Shown one piece after another: positions 45,696 to 55,515 of a stretch of 64,000 nt of DNA. The stretch spans positions 85,750 to 149,749 of the forward strand of contig DKEK01000002.1 in assembly GCA_002452155.1 (NCBI GenBank). The letters are read 5' to 3'. Numbering within the stretch: the first letter of the stretch is position 1; each line of letters begins with the position of its first letter. A program made the translations under genes and the position numbers. Source of the DNA: Candidatus Saccharibacteria bacterium UBA6824. Its GTDB lineage: Bacteria; Patescibacteriota; Saccharimonadia; Saccharimonadales; UBA10212. Under the pieces are notes generated by a model. It was given only the letters and a program-made list of their open reading frames with translations. It searched no databases and was not told where the DNA came from.

Positions 45696-46556
45696 ATGGG
45701 TATACACGTCCTTAAGCGTGATGATGCCGATTTCCCAATTATTTTGCGGCAGATCCCGTCGCCGCCGAAACAGTTATTTTGGCTCGGCGTGCACCCCAAT
45801 ACACTAATTAGCCAGCCGCGGGTAGCTATCGTCGGCAGCCGCAAAGTCTCCGCCTATGGCCGGACCGTAACTGAACGCCTAGCCGGCGAGCTGGCGAGAT
45901 TGGGTGTGGTTATTGTTAGCGGCCTGGCGCTTGGAGTTGACGCCGTAGCCCATCAAGCAACCCTAGACGCTGGCGGCCTGACCATGGCTGTACTGCCAAC
46001 CAACCTGGACAGCATTTACCCGGCCTCGCACTTTAACCTGGCTAGACAAATCATCGCTAGCGGTGGCGGCTTAATTTCCGAATACCCGCCCGGAACTGAA
46101 GCCTTTCCGTCTAACTTCATCGCCCGCAACCGGCTTGTCAGCGGCCTGGCAGATGTCCTGCTCATCACTGAAGCCGCCAAAAATAGTGGCACCATGCATA
46201 CCGCCGGCTTTGCGCTCGAGCAGGGCAGAACGGTTATGGCGGTGCCAGGCAATATAAACAGCCCCGGCAGCGAAGGCTGCAACAACCTAATAAAAGCCGG
46301 GGCCACGCCGGTAACCGCTACAGAGGATGTTCTTTTTGTCCTTGGGCTAAGATCTGGCGCGGGGGAGCAGACCAGCATCTTCCGAGGCACAGACAACGAG
46401 CAAAAGATTTTCGATCTCATTAGGCGCGGCGTTGCTGACCAAGAAGAAATAGCCGTAGCCGCTCGGCTGGAGGGCCCGGCCCTGAGTGCCGCCCTGACAA
46501 TGCTGGAAATTAATGGCTACATCCGGGCCGAGCGCGGCAGCTGGACATTGGTTTAG
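45696..46556 (+). CDS. dprA: DNA-processing protein DprA (Smf)
   Basis: Rossmann-like core, GLALGVDAVAHQATL...GGLISEYPPGT...RNRLVSGL, and a C-terminal winged helix. The ATG sits at the last base of the IS right inverted repeat. Confidence 0.85.
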   Translation: MGIHVLKRDDADFPIILRQIPSPPKQLFWLGVHPNTLISQPRVAIVGSRKVSAYGRTVTERLAGELARLGVVIVSGLALGVDAVAHQATLDAGGLTMAVLPTNLDSIYPASHFNLARQIIASGGGLISEYPPGTEAFPSNFIARNRLVSGLADVLLITEAAKNSGTMHTAGFALEQGRTVMAVPGNINSPGSEGCNNLIKAGATPVTATEDVLFVLGLRSGAGEQTSIFRGTDNEQKIFDLIRRGVADQEEIAVAARLEGPALSAALTMLEINGYIRAERGSWTLV

Positions 46557-46598
46557 TACACTTGACGTGTTCACGGTTATTGATAGACTGGCAAGCAT

Positions 46599-48893
46599 AT
46601 GCCAAAGAACCTGGTCATTGTGGAGAGCCCGACCAAAGCCAAAACCCTTGCCCGTTATTTGGGTAAGGACTATGAGATAAAAAGCAGCTTTGGTCATATT
46701 CGCGACCTACCCAAAAAAGATATTGGCGTGGATGTGCAAATGAACTTCGAACCTACCTACCAGGTACCGCCCGACAAGCAGAAAATAGCCAGAGAGCTTA
46801 AATCGGCCGCTAAAGGCAGTACAGTCTGGCTGGCTAGCGACCCCGACCGCGAAGGCGAGGCCATTGCCTGGCACATCTGCAATATTTTAGGTCTAGACCC
46901 AGGAAGCACTAAACGTATTGTTTTCCACGAGTTTACCGAAACTGCTCTTAGGAAAGCTATGGCGGCTCCGCAAACTGTTGATATGAAACTGGTCGATGCC
47001 CAGCAGGCCCGGCGTATTTTAGACCGGCTGGTGGGTTATGAACTAAGTCCGGTGCTGTGGAAAAAGGTCCGCAGCGGTTTGAGCGCCGGCCGGGTACAGA
47101 GCGTAGCTGTGCGACTGATAGTCGAGCGGGAAAGGGAAATAAAGGCTTTCACACCGGAAAGTTCATACAAAGTAACGGCCGTTTTCGATGCCCGGGACAA
47201 GGATGTGCCGGCCGAGTTATCCGAAAGATTAGACAATGATAAAGCGGCTGAAGATTTTCTCAATTCGATAAAAGCATCGTCTTTCAAAGTTTTGGCGATT
47301 GCTAAAAAACCCGGCACCAGGAGCCCCAGCGCACCCTTTACTACCAGCACCCTGCAGCAAGAGGCCTCTCGTCGGCTGGGCTACAGCGTCCGCCAGACGA
47401 TGGTGCTGGCCCAGCGGCTGTATGAAAACGGCCATATCACTTACATGCGTACCGATAGCGTCAATTTGGCCGGCGTGGCGGTGAGCGCCGCCAAACAATA
47501 TATAACTAGCAGTTACGGCGCCGATTATGTCCAGGTCCGGCAATATAAAACCAAAAGCCGCGGCGCCCAAGAAGCCCACGAAGCCATCCGCCCGACCCAA
47601 ATAGGCACTCTCAGCGCCGGCGCCGATAGCGCCCAGAACAAGCTTTATGAACTTATTTGGCAACGAACGCTAGCCAGCCAAATGGCGCCGGCTAAAATCG
47701 AAAAAACAGAGGTCGAAATTGATATCAGCGGCCGAGACCAAAAATTTATGGCTACCGGTGAAATTCTACGGTTTGACGGTTTTTTGAGAGTTTACGGCGG
47801 CGGCAAAGACGACCGGATTCTGCCCGAGCTGACACAGGGGCAAGAGCTAAAACTTAAAACCGCCAGCGCCCTGCAAAGCTTTAGCCGGCCGCCGGCCCGC
47901 TATAGCGAGGCCAGCTTAGTTAAGAAGCTAGAGGAACTGGGCATCGGCCGCCCCAGTACTTACGCCCCGACCATCGGCACGATTCAGGACCGCGGTTATA
48001 TTGAAAAGAAAGATCTGCAAGGCGAGCCCCGACAACTGAAGGAGTTTATTTTAGCCGGCGGCCAACTTAGCCAGCGGACCCAAGACGCCGTGGTGGGTGC
48101 GGACAGGGCCAAACTGCTGCCCACCGAGCTGGCCGAAATCGTCAACGACTTTTTGGTTAAATATTTTGCTACTATCATCGACTATGATTTTACGGCCAGG
48201 GCCGAAGAAGACTTCGACGATATCGCCGAGGGTAAGGCCGATTGGCGCGAAACCTTGAAGCGCTTTTATGAACACTTCCACCCGCTAGTCGAAAAAGCCG
48301 AAGGCGCCAGCCGGGCCGAGGCTATGAAAGTCAGGCAACTGGGCAAGGACCCGGGGAGCGGCCAGCCGATCATAGCCCGCTTTGGCCGCTTCGGCCCGGT
48401 TTTGCAGATGGGCGAGACCCCGGCCAAAGATGACAAGCGGGCCGCCAAGCCGAAATTCGCGCCGCTGCCCGAAGGCACGACCATAGACGAGATAACCCTG
48501 GAGCAGGCCTTGCCGATGTTTGACTTGCCGCGGGTAGTTGGCAAGACCGAGGCCGGCGAAGAGATAAGCGCCAATATTGGACCCTACGGCCCGTACATTA
48601 AAGTCGGCAAGAAGTTTATTAGCCTCAAAGAAGACGATCCACTACACATAACCGAAGTCCGGGCCAGGGAGATTATCAAAGACCAGGCCCAAGCAACAGC
48701 TAATAAAACGATTGCCGATTTTGGCAGCTTGAAAATCCTGCGCGGCCCCTACGGACCATACATCACAAATGGTAAGAAAAATGCGCGGATCCCAAAGAGC
48801 ACCGATCCAGAGAAGTTAACAGAGGCCGAGGCCCAAAAAATGTTAGACGAGGCGCCTGATAAGTCCGGCTTCCGGCGCCGAAAGAAAAAGTAG
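46599..48893 (+). CDS. topA: DNA topoisomerase I
   Basis: Toprim (LVIVESPTKAKT, DPDREGE), active-site Tyr region (ITYMRTDS), and C-terminal Zn-ribbon-less Lys-rich repeats. Confidence 0.95.
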   Translation: MPKNLVIVESPTKAKTLARYLGKDYEIKSSFGHIRDLPKKDIGVDVQMNFEPTYQVPPDKQKIARELKSAAKGSTVWLASDPDREGEAIAWHICNILGLDPGSTKRIVFHEFTETALRKAMAAPQTVDMKLVDAQQARRILDRLVGYELSPVLWKKVRSGLSAGRVQSVAVRLIVEREREIKAFTPESSYKVTAVFDARDKDVPAELSERLDNDKAAEDFLNSIKASSFKVLAIAKKPGTRSPSAPFTTSTLQQEASRRLGYSVRQTMVLAQRLYENGHITYMRTDSVNLAGVAVSAAKQYITSSYGADYVQVRQYKTKSRGAQEAHEAIRPTQIGTLSAGADSAQNKLYELIWQRTLASQMAPAKIEKTEVEIDISGRDQKFMATGEILRFDGFLRVYGGGKDDRILPELTQGQELKLKTASALQSFSRPPARYSEASLVKKLEELGIGRPSTYAPTIGTIQDRGYIEKKDLQGEPRQLKEFILAGGQLSQRTQDAVVGADRAKLLPTELAEIVNDFLVKYFATIIDYDFTARAEEDFDDIAEGKADWRETLKRFYEHFHPLVEKAEGASRAEAMKVRQLGKDPGSGQPIIARFGRFGPVLQMGETPAKDDKRAAKPKFAPLPEGTTIDEITLEQALPMFDLPRVVGKTEAGEEISANIGPYGPYIKVGKKFISLKEDDPLHITEVRAREIIKDQAQATANKTIADFGSLKILRGPYGPYITNGKKNARIPKSTDPEKLTEAEAQKMLDEAPDKSGFRRRKKK

Positions 48894-49007
48894 ACACTTT
48901 TCCACATATTTTACAGATTACAAAAATAAATCTGTAGTAGAACAAACATAAACGGATTGTGCCAAAGACGCCAATTAGTGATAGAATAAACGTAGAGTAA
49001 TATATAC

Positions 49008-49036
49008 TTGACTATTGAAAACTAAAGTTTTATAAT
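49008..49036 (+). promoter_or_regulatory. Near-consensus sigma-70 promoter (TTGACT-17-TATAAT) for the HTH-protein gene
   Basis: TTGACT at 49008-49013, a 17-nt spacer, TATAAT at 49031-49036, inside an AT-rich 160-nt spacer after topA. Confidence 0.5.
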
Positions 49037-49082
49037 TATATTAGCCGGTAGCGTGATAATGCACGCTAACAGGGAAGAAATT

Positions 49083-50129
49083 ATGGCGAACAACACGGAA
49101 GCAACCACCAGTTTAAACATCGAATCAATCGTTCGGGACATACTCGGTACGATTGACAGAGAGCGCGAGCGGGAAATTATCGCCCGCCGTTTTGGTTTGT
49201 TTGACCGCCGCGAAACCCTGGAACAGATCGGCGAGCTGCTTGGTATTACCCGTGAACGAGTCCGCCAGTTGGAAAAGGCCGTCATCACTAAACTCAAAGC
49301 CGCCGGCGAGGATCTGCCGCATATCAAAGAAGTCGAATCGGTGGTGGGGGAACATCTGACCGAGATGGGTAATGTCGCCCGGACCGGTGAAATCACTAAG
49401 CGACTGTCGCCGGAAAATACGAAGATTGACCAATCACGGATTGCTTTTTTGGCCCATTTGGCGCCAAACATCGCTGTTATTGGCGACAACGACCACTTTT
49501 ATCATTCGGTTGGCCTGGCGGGGAAGCACAGCGAGAAAGCCATCCGCGACCATGTGGGCAAAGTAACAGATGCCATAATTGCGATCGGCGAGCCAACTAA
49601 TATAGAAACAATTGCCAATCAGGCCGGCAATAGCGACCACAGGCACGTTGAAGCGCTAGCTAGTATCTCTAAAAACATCTCTAACCTGCACGGACGTTGG
49701 GGCCTAACCAAGTGGCCGATGGTCAACCCCAAAAATATCCGCGATAAAATTTACGTCATACTGCACGACTACAAGAAGCCGATGCACTTTTCGCAGATCG
49801 CCGAGGCCATCAAAAAGAGTGATTTTAAACGCAAAGATGTTACCACCCAGGCCATCCACAACGAGCTGATAAAAGATAAGCGCTTTGTGCTGATTGGCCG
49901 CGGCATTTATGCCCTACGCGAATGGGGTTATAAGAAGGGCGCCGTGGCCGACGTCATCGCCGAGGTTCTTAAAAAAGAAAACGGACCGCTGCACCGCGAC
50001 GAAATCGTCAGGCGTGTACTTAAAAGCCGCCAGGTTAAAGAGACTACGATTCTACTGAACCTGCAGGGCAAGCCGCAGTTCAAGCGCGTGGCCAAAGCCA
50101 CCTACGCACTAGCGACCGACGCCGTATAA
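49083..50129 (+). CDS. DNA-binding protein: sigma-70 region-4-like HTH plus a C-terminal HARE-HTH domain
   Basis: RFGLFDRRETLEQIGELLGITRERVRQLEKAVITKLK (sigma r4 HTH); C-terminal ...KRFVLIGRGIYALREWG (HARE-HTH signature). Start chosen at the ATG at 49083 with AGGGAAG SD; the longest ORF begins at a GTG at 49053. Confidence 0.5.
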   Translation: MANNTEATTSLNIESIVRDILGTIDREREREIIARRFGLFDRRETLEQIGELLGITRERVRQLEKAVITKLKAAGEDLPHIKEVESVVGEHLTEMGNVARTGEITKRLSPENTKIDQSRIAFLAHLAPNIAVIGDNDHFYHSVGLAGKHSEKAIRDHVGKVTDAIIAIGEPTNIETIANQAGNSDHRHVEALASISKNISNLHGRWGLTKWPMVNPKNIRDKIYVILHDYKKPMHFSQIAEAIKKSDFKRKDVTTQAIHNELIKDKRFVLIGRGIYALREWGYKKGAVADVIAEVLKKENGPLHRDEIVRRVLKSRQVKETTILLNLQGKPQFKRVAKATYALATDAV

Positions 50130-50239
50130 GACACTTATCGCGCCGGGCGTGGAATGAATCCGCTCGCTTTAGTGCTATCTTCTCGAGGAATGCGGTAGTA
50201 AGAGATATAGCGTAAGCGTATAATTGGATAAAGATATTT

Positions 50240-52813
50240 ATGATACTACGTAGGAATAAAAAAGTGCGAATGCATCACGAGCATTGTTTGTTAATGCTCG
50301 AAATTCCGCGCGAAAACGATAAAAAAGAACTCGCGGCCGAGCAAATGCTGGCGGCCCTGCATGGGATCTTACGATCCCGGCGGGAGCTGCGGGTATCGGG
50401 CACCCTGCAAGAGCATATTAGTTTGGAAATTGCTGCCAAGGGCCCACGAATTCGTTTTTATATCTGGACGCCTAAACATCTGCAGGCTTTTGTCGAAGGT
50501 CAGATTTACGCCCAATATCCTACTGTCCAGATCACCGAGCAGGATAGCGATTATTCAGAGCGGCAGCTCGACCAAGAAGTGATCCATACGGCCGAGTTGA
50601 CCCTAATTGGAAACGAAACCATGCCGATTAAAACTTTCCCCAGCTTTGAGGTGGACCCCCTGGCATCCATCACTGCCACCTTAGCTAAACTCGATAAAGA
50701 AGATGAAGAGATGTGGATCCAGATCATGGCCCGGCCGATTGCCGATGATTGGCACAAGCGCGGCAGCAAAATGGTCGCCCGTATCCGCGGGGGCAGGGGA
50801 GGCCTAAGCGGTAGCGGCGGCTCTACTATAAATTATGCCGGGCAAGCCTTTGCGGCCTTGGTCCGGCCGCCGGACGCCACCGGCAAGGAAGCTGGCGCTG
50901 CGCCGGAGATTTCTGAACGGGACAAGGCCCGTATAACAGCCATCGAAACCAAGACCCAGAAGCTGGGCTACCAAGTTAAGATCCGGCTGGTTTACGCCGG
51001 CAACGATGCCCGGACAGCCCGGCTACGGATACAGGCCCTGGTAGGGGCATTTAAGCAATTCAATACCACTAACTTGAATGGTTTTAAGGTCAAAAGCACT
51101 AGTTTCAAGCAGGACAAACAGCTAGAATACCAAACGCGTTTTTTTATTGATAACGGCTTTATATTAAACATTGAAGAGCTGGCTAGTCTCTTTCATCTGC
51201 CGCATACTACAGTCGAGACCCCCAATATTGTTTGGGCGACCACCAAAACGGCCGAACCGCCGGCTAATATCCCGGTTGCCGAACCCGGCCAAGAAGCAGA
51301 AACCAGCTTATTCGGCGTGACCAACTTCCGCGGCGACAACACCGTCTTTGGTATCCGCCGTGATGACCGCAGCCGCCATATGTACATATTGGGACAAACC
51401 GGTACCGGTAAATCTGGTGCCCTGGAGCTGTTGACTATATCTGATATTTACTACAACAAAGGCTTCGCGGTCATTGACCCTCATGGCGATTACGCCCAAC
51501 ACGTTATGAAGTTTATACCTAAAAATCGGGTCGATGATGTCGTCTACTTCAACCCGGCCGACACCAACCGCCCGATTGGCTTTAATCCGCTAGAAATTAA
51601 CGACCAGTCACTCAAAGGCCATATTAGCTCCGAGGTAGTTGGTGTGCTGAAACGGCTGTTTGCCGAAAGCTGGGGGCCGCGGCTGGAATATATCCTGCGC
51701 TACACGCTGCTGGCGCTGCTGGATTTTCCCAACGCCACGATGCTGGACATCACCCGTATGCTGACCGACCGGCACTTCCGGGCTGACGTCATAAAGCATA
51801 TCGACGACCCGGTGGTAAAGAATTTTTGGACTGTTGAGTTCGCCAGCTGGAACGATAAATTTGCCTCTGAAGCGGTGGCCCCGGTGCTGAACAAGGTCGG
51901 TGCCTTTACGGCTAATCCGATGATTAGGAATATTGTCGGCCAGCCTAAGAGTACTTTCGATATCCGCAGCATTATGGATGAGGGTAAAATTCTTATCGTT
52001 AATCTTAGCCGTGGTCTGATGGGCGAGGATAATGCCGGGGTCTTGGGCTCTTTAATCGTTACTAAGATCCAACTGGCTTCTATGGGACGGGCCGATATGC
52101 CCGCGGCCGAGCGGACACCGTTTTACCTCTACGTCGACGAGTTCCAGAATTTTGCCACCGAGTCGTTTGCGACTATTCTTTCGGAGGCCCGTAAGTACGG
52201 CCTCAACCTAACTGTCGCCAACCAGTACATTTCGCAGATGGGCGAGGAAGTCCGCAGCGCCGTCTTTGGCAATGTCGGTACTGTCATGAGCTTCCGGGTT
52301 AGCCCGGACGACGCACCTTTTTTGCAAAAGTATTTCGAACCGGAATTTGAAGCCGCCAACCTTATACAGCAACATTCACGTTTCTTCGTAATAAGCATGA
52401 TGATAGACGGCGAGAAGGCGCCGGCCTTTTCGGCCAAGACACTTAACTTGCCACAGCCGCCAGATGATAATTCGGTCCAGATCATCGCCCAGACTCGTGA
52501 ACGCTATAGCCGAAGCAAAGCTGAAGTGGAGGCCGAGATCCGCGCGGCTTCCGGCCTGCCGGGTACCGCCAAACCAGAAGCCGCGCCAAGGGCTAATGAC
52601 CGGCCCAAGTTAGCGCCGCATCGACAGATCGTCAAACTAGCAACCGGAGTTACCCACCCAGGTAAACCTACGGAGTCAGAAACCGCTCAGCCGCCTAAGC
52701 GCAAACGCTCGAGGCGACGGGGCAAGTCAGGTGGTGGAGCAGCCAGCCAAGCCAGCCGGGCCCCAGCTGATAAGTCGGCTGACAGCGATGAACAGACCAT
52801 TCGCTTACGCTAA
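50240..52813 (+). CDS. Large soluble FtsK/TraD/VirD4-superfamily P-loop ATPase (type IV coupling-protein-like) with a basic C-terminal tail
   Basis: Walker A at YILGQTGTGKSG, Walker B at FYLYVDEFQNF, ...KYGLNLTVANQYISQM; no N-terminal TM helices; C-terminal KRKRSRRRGK. Confidence 0.5.
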   Translation: MILRRNKKVRMHHEHCLLMLEIPRENDKKELAAEQMLAALHGILRSRRELRVSGTLQEHISLEIAAKGPRIRFYIWTPKHLQAFVEGQIYAQYPTVQITEQDSDYSERQLDQEVIHTAELTLIGNETMPIKTFPSFEVDPLASITATLAKLDKEDEEMWIQIMARPIADDWHKRGSKMVARIRGGRGGLSGSGGSTINYAGQAFAALVRPPDATGKEAGAAPEISERDKARITAIETKTQKLGYQVKIRLVYAGNDARTARLRIQALVGAFKQFNTTNLNGFKVKSTSFKQDKQLEYQTRFFIDNGFILNIEELASLFHLPHTTVETPNIVWATTKTAEPPANIPVAEPGQEAETSLFGVTNFRGDNTVFGIRRDDRSRHMYILGQTGTGKSGALELLTISDIYYNKGFAVIDPHGDYAQHVMKFIPKNRVDDVVYFNPADTNRPIGFNPLEINDQSLKGHISSEVVGVLKRLFAESWGPRLEYILRYTLLALLDFPNATMLDITRMLTDRHFRADVIKHIDDPVVKNFWTVEFASWNDKFASEAVAPVLNKVGAFTANPMIRNIVGQPKSTFDIRSIMDEGKILIVNLSRGLMGEDNAGVLGSLIVTKIQLASMGRADMPAAERTPFYLYVDEFQNFATESFATILSEARKYGLNLTVANQYISQMGEEVRSAVFGNVGTVMSFRVSPDDAPFLQKYFEPEFEAANLIQQHSRFFVISMMIDGEKAPAFSAKTLNLPQPPDDNSVQIIAQTRERYSRSKAEVEAEIRAASGLPGTAKPEAAPRANDRPKLAPHRQIVKLATGVTHPGKPTESETAQPPKRKRSRRRGKSGGGAASQASRAPADKSADSDEQTIRLR

Positions 52814-53010
52814 TGTGCTTGCATTCCCAAGCTTTGGCGAAACCAATAAAATATTATTGACAGAACAAATTACGAACATGGTAATAGTTCGGCAGTGAAT
52901 AGGGTCTGAGCCATAGCGGAGCAGCGGGCGGCTAAATAATTAAGCGGGGAAATTAATTGAAATTAAAAAAACTGGAAAACGAAATGATAAAAGCCGGAGG
53001 GAACAATAGT

Positions 53011-53283
53011 TCAAGCCATAGAGTATACGTCGCACAATGTATATTTTACGACTCTATGTATTGGGCTGCAGCTTATATACCAATACCTCTTCAACAGGGG
53101 AGTTTCGCTCGTCCAGCCGTAAAAACACTTATGCTTGAAGCTTCCCCCATTATTAGGTAGTCTGACTTGTTGCTGTTTTATGGCTGGAGTCGCTCTCTGT
53201 GTTACCTGGGTCGTAATATCCTGTGAAAGGTCGCACAAGTTATCCACAGCCCATGTTATATATTTGACATTTGGGTCTTTCAT
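53011..53283 (-). CDS. Hypothetical small protein in an AT-rich islet
   Basis: 90-aa ORF in a 40% GC segment; no domain; could be spurious. Confidence 0.2.
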   Translation of the reverse strand: MKDPNVKYITWAVDNLCDLSQDITTQVTQRATPAIKQQQVRLPNNGGSFKHKCFYGWTSETPLLKRYWYISCSPIHRVVKYTLCDVYSMA

Positions 53284-53428
53284 ATTTTTGTATAGTTTCC
53301 CCTGCTTTTCCAGCTTCTGAATACAAAATTTGACATTTGCGGAATTACACTGCCCCGTATGTATTTAGGGTTATTTAATAAATATAACGAACTGAACAAA
53401 ATACGAACTGGTTGGGCAGGAGATTGCC

Positions 53429-54304
53429 TCACTTGTAATATATCTTGCCGGCCACCCGGACGTCTAAATATTGTCCGGGCGCAGGTCCCTCGGAATCGAA
53501 TTTATGTTTAGCCGCCAGGTACTGCCCTGCTTGGAGGCTGGCATCGCCGCCCAGGTAGAACTTAACAAAGTATGGTTGGTTTTCCACCCGTAGCTCCAGC
53601 TGCCCGGCAGTAGCCGGTAGGGTCAAGGACTGGACTTTAACACCGCCGCGGTTGCACTGAGCCAGAAGGCTGTTAATGAAGGCTACCGACTCTGTGCCCA
53701 GGACTTGTTTGCCGGGCGCCGCTGCAAAATTTGATTGATCTATGACACTCGGCAGCTTAGAGGCACCCGCCAGCTGGGCGCTAAGACCGGCCACCACGCC
53801 GTTAGAGCCGACGACGTACAAATTGTTATTACTGCTGAAGTTAAAGGTTGGTACGGCGATTATTAGCCGCAGGCTTGGTATTTGGCTGACGATCGGCAGC
53901 TGTATTTTAACTACGTCGATTTCCGGAAATTTCTGCTTCAAGGCGGTCGTGATGCCGCGCTCGTCTAGAGTTAATTTGGTCCTGTTCCGGGCGGCCTTAA
54001 AGGCCCTATCGGCAGCTGTCTCGTAAACGGTGCTGGGGTGGTAGGCGTTACTACTAACTACCGTGTTGGGGTGGGGTTTAATAATCAAACAAAAAATAGC
54101 GGCGGCCACAACTGCCGTCCAAACTGCCGCCTTTATAAGGCGGGCGAATAACTGCTTGACGGGTTTTTTTAGTGGCGGCCGCTTTTGAAAAGGGCTAGGT
54201 GGCGGGGCTTTAGCCGAACCGCCATAATAACTGGGGCCAATCCGGCCGGCCGGAGTACTGGGGCGGCGGTTTTTTGAGTTGCTCTTTTTGCTACGTAGTC
54301 CCAT
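53429..54304 (-). CDS. ftsQ: Cell-division protein FtsQ/DivIB-like (bitopic, POTRA-like)
   Basis: Sits at the end of the division cluster after murG; basic Pro-rich cytoplasmic N-terminus, one TM, and a periplasmic domain of about 200 aa. Confidence 0.45.
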   Translation of the reverse strand: MGLRSKKSNSKNRRPSTPAGRIGPSYYGGSAKAPPPSPFQKRPPLKKPVKQLFARLIKAAVWTAVVAAAIFCLIIKPHPNTVVSSNAYHPSTVYETAADRAFKAARNRTKLTLDERGITTALKQKFPEIDVVKIQLPIVSQIPSLRLIIAVPTFNFSSNNNLYVVGSNGVVAGLSAQLAGASKLPSVIDQSNFAAAPGKQVLGTESVAFINSLLAQCNRGGVKVQSLTLPATAGQLELRVENQPYFVKFYLGGDASLQAGQYLAAKHKFDSEGPAPGQYLDVRVAGKIYYK

Positions 54305-54312
54305 AGTCTTGG

Positions 54313-55515
54313 TTAATTTTTGGCAACATCGAGCAGAATATCGGCTAGCTTGGCAGCGGCATCAGGTCGGGCCAGCGAGCCAATATTGTGCTCTAGCTGC
54401 TGGCGCCGCTGCTTATTTTTCAGCAGGGCGTCTAATGTGCTGAGCAACTGCTCCGGCTTAACGTCATTAGGCAGAATCTCAGTGGCGGCGTTTGTTGTAA
54501 ATTCTTCAGCATTTTTCATCTGGTGTCCGCCGCTTAGGAAAGGACTGGGAATTATAACGGCGGCTTTGCGTTGGATGGCTAGTTCAGCTAAGGTCGTGGC
54601 CCCTGCCCTGGCCAGCACTACGTCGGCTGCACCGCTATAGGCATAAAAATCACTAGAGAAACCCAGCACCCTCACCGACTCGGGCATATCAGGGCCAAGT
54701 AGCTTTAGATATTGGTCGGCTACCCTGTCCTGATGGCCAGAGCCGCTGATATGAATAATCTGCAGTTTGGGATTTTGTTTGAGTAATTTAGGTGATATTG
54801 CCACCATTAGCTCGTTTATAGTACGGGAGCCATGGCCGCCACCGGATACAAATAACATCTGGGCATCAGCCGGCAGGCCAATTTGACGCTTTAGTGCCTT
54901 TTTCTGCTCGGGATCGACCATTTTAACCCGCTCGTCCAGGGGTATACCAACGTAGCGAATGCTGTCTTTAGAATAGGGGTAATACCGCGGCGGCATCCCG
55001 GCGGCATGGACCACAGCCCAGCGTCCAATCAGGCGGTTAGCCAGGCCCGGCACGGCATCGGAGTCGTGGGTAACGATTGGTACGCCGCGTAGGCGAGCGG
55101 CAATTCCGACCGGCACTACCACGTAGCCGCCTTTGCTAAAGACCACGTCCGGCTTATATTTTCCGAGTAGCCGCAGGGCGGTGAGAGTACCAAAAAGAAC
55201 CTTAAAAATATCACGAAAATTGAGTAGCAGCGTTTTTATATCGCTCAGATGGGACAGCAGGCTTTCATCGTGGTAGCGGCGAAATTTACCCGAGCTCAGC
55301 CGGCAGACTTTGTCAAAAGCCGGCTCAGCCGCCGGCGAAAGGTCAATTTGCTCACCCTTTAGGCCAATGTAGATGACCAGGCACCGGGGGTCTTTGGCTT
55401 TAAGTGCGCGGGCGAGTGGTAAGAGAGGGGTTATATGTCCCCCGGAGCCGCCGCCCGTTAAGATTATTTTGGTCTGATGAGCCCGCACCGGAGCCCGTTT
55501 TTGGTTCTTGGACAT
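54313..55515 (-). CDS. murG: UDP-N-acetylglucosamine--N-acetylmuramyl-(pentapeptide) pyrophosphoryl-undecaprenol N-acetylglucosamine transferase
   Basis: ILTGGGSGGHITP N-terminal motif and the GT28 C-terminal domain. Confidence 0.9.
   Translation of the reverse strand: MSKNQKRAPVRAHQTKIILTGGGSGGHITPLLPLARALKAKDPRCLVIYIGLKGEQIDLSPAAEPAFDKVCRLSSGKFRRYHDESLLSHLSDIKTLLLNFRDIFKVLFGTLTALRLLGKYKPDVVFSKGGYVVVPVGIAARLRGVPIVTHDSDAVPGLANRLIGRWAVVHAAGMPPRYYPYSKDSIRYVGIPLDERVKMVDPEQKKALKRQIGLPADAQMLFVSGGGHGSRTINELMVAISPKLLKQNPKLQIIHISGSGHQDRVADQYLKLLGPDMPESVRVLGFSSDFYAYSGAADVVLARAGATTLAELAIQRKAAVIIPSPFLSGGHQMKNAEEFTTNAATEILPNDVKPEQLLSTLDALLKNKQRRQQLEHNIGSLARPDAAAKLADILLDVAKN

Larger units (their letters stand above)
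43091..45696. mobile_element. IS1595-family insertion-sequence-like element (about 2.6 kb, low GC) with terminal inverted repeats, carrying a transposase plus two passenger ORFs
   Basis: Perfect 11-bp inverted repeat TGAGCCAAGTA at 43091-43101 versus TACTTGGCTCA at 45686-45696, with imperfect extensions. GC falls to about 40% between about 42900 and 45650, against 50-55% in the flanks. Confidence 0.5.

Noticed and set aside
48894-48925. Hairpin TACAGATT-N9-AATCTGTA after topA as a rho-independent terminator
   Set aside because: The stem is AT-rich (8 bp, mostly A-T) and is not followed by a U-run on the topA strand; more likely a protein-binding palindrome or nothing.
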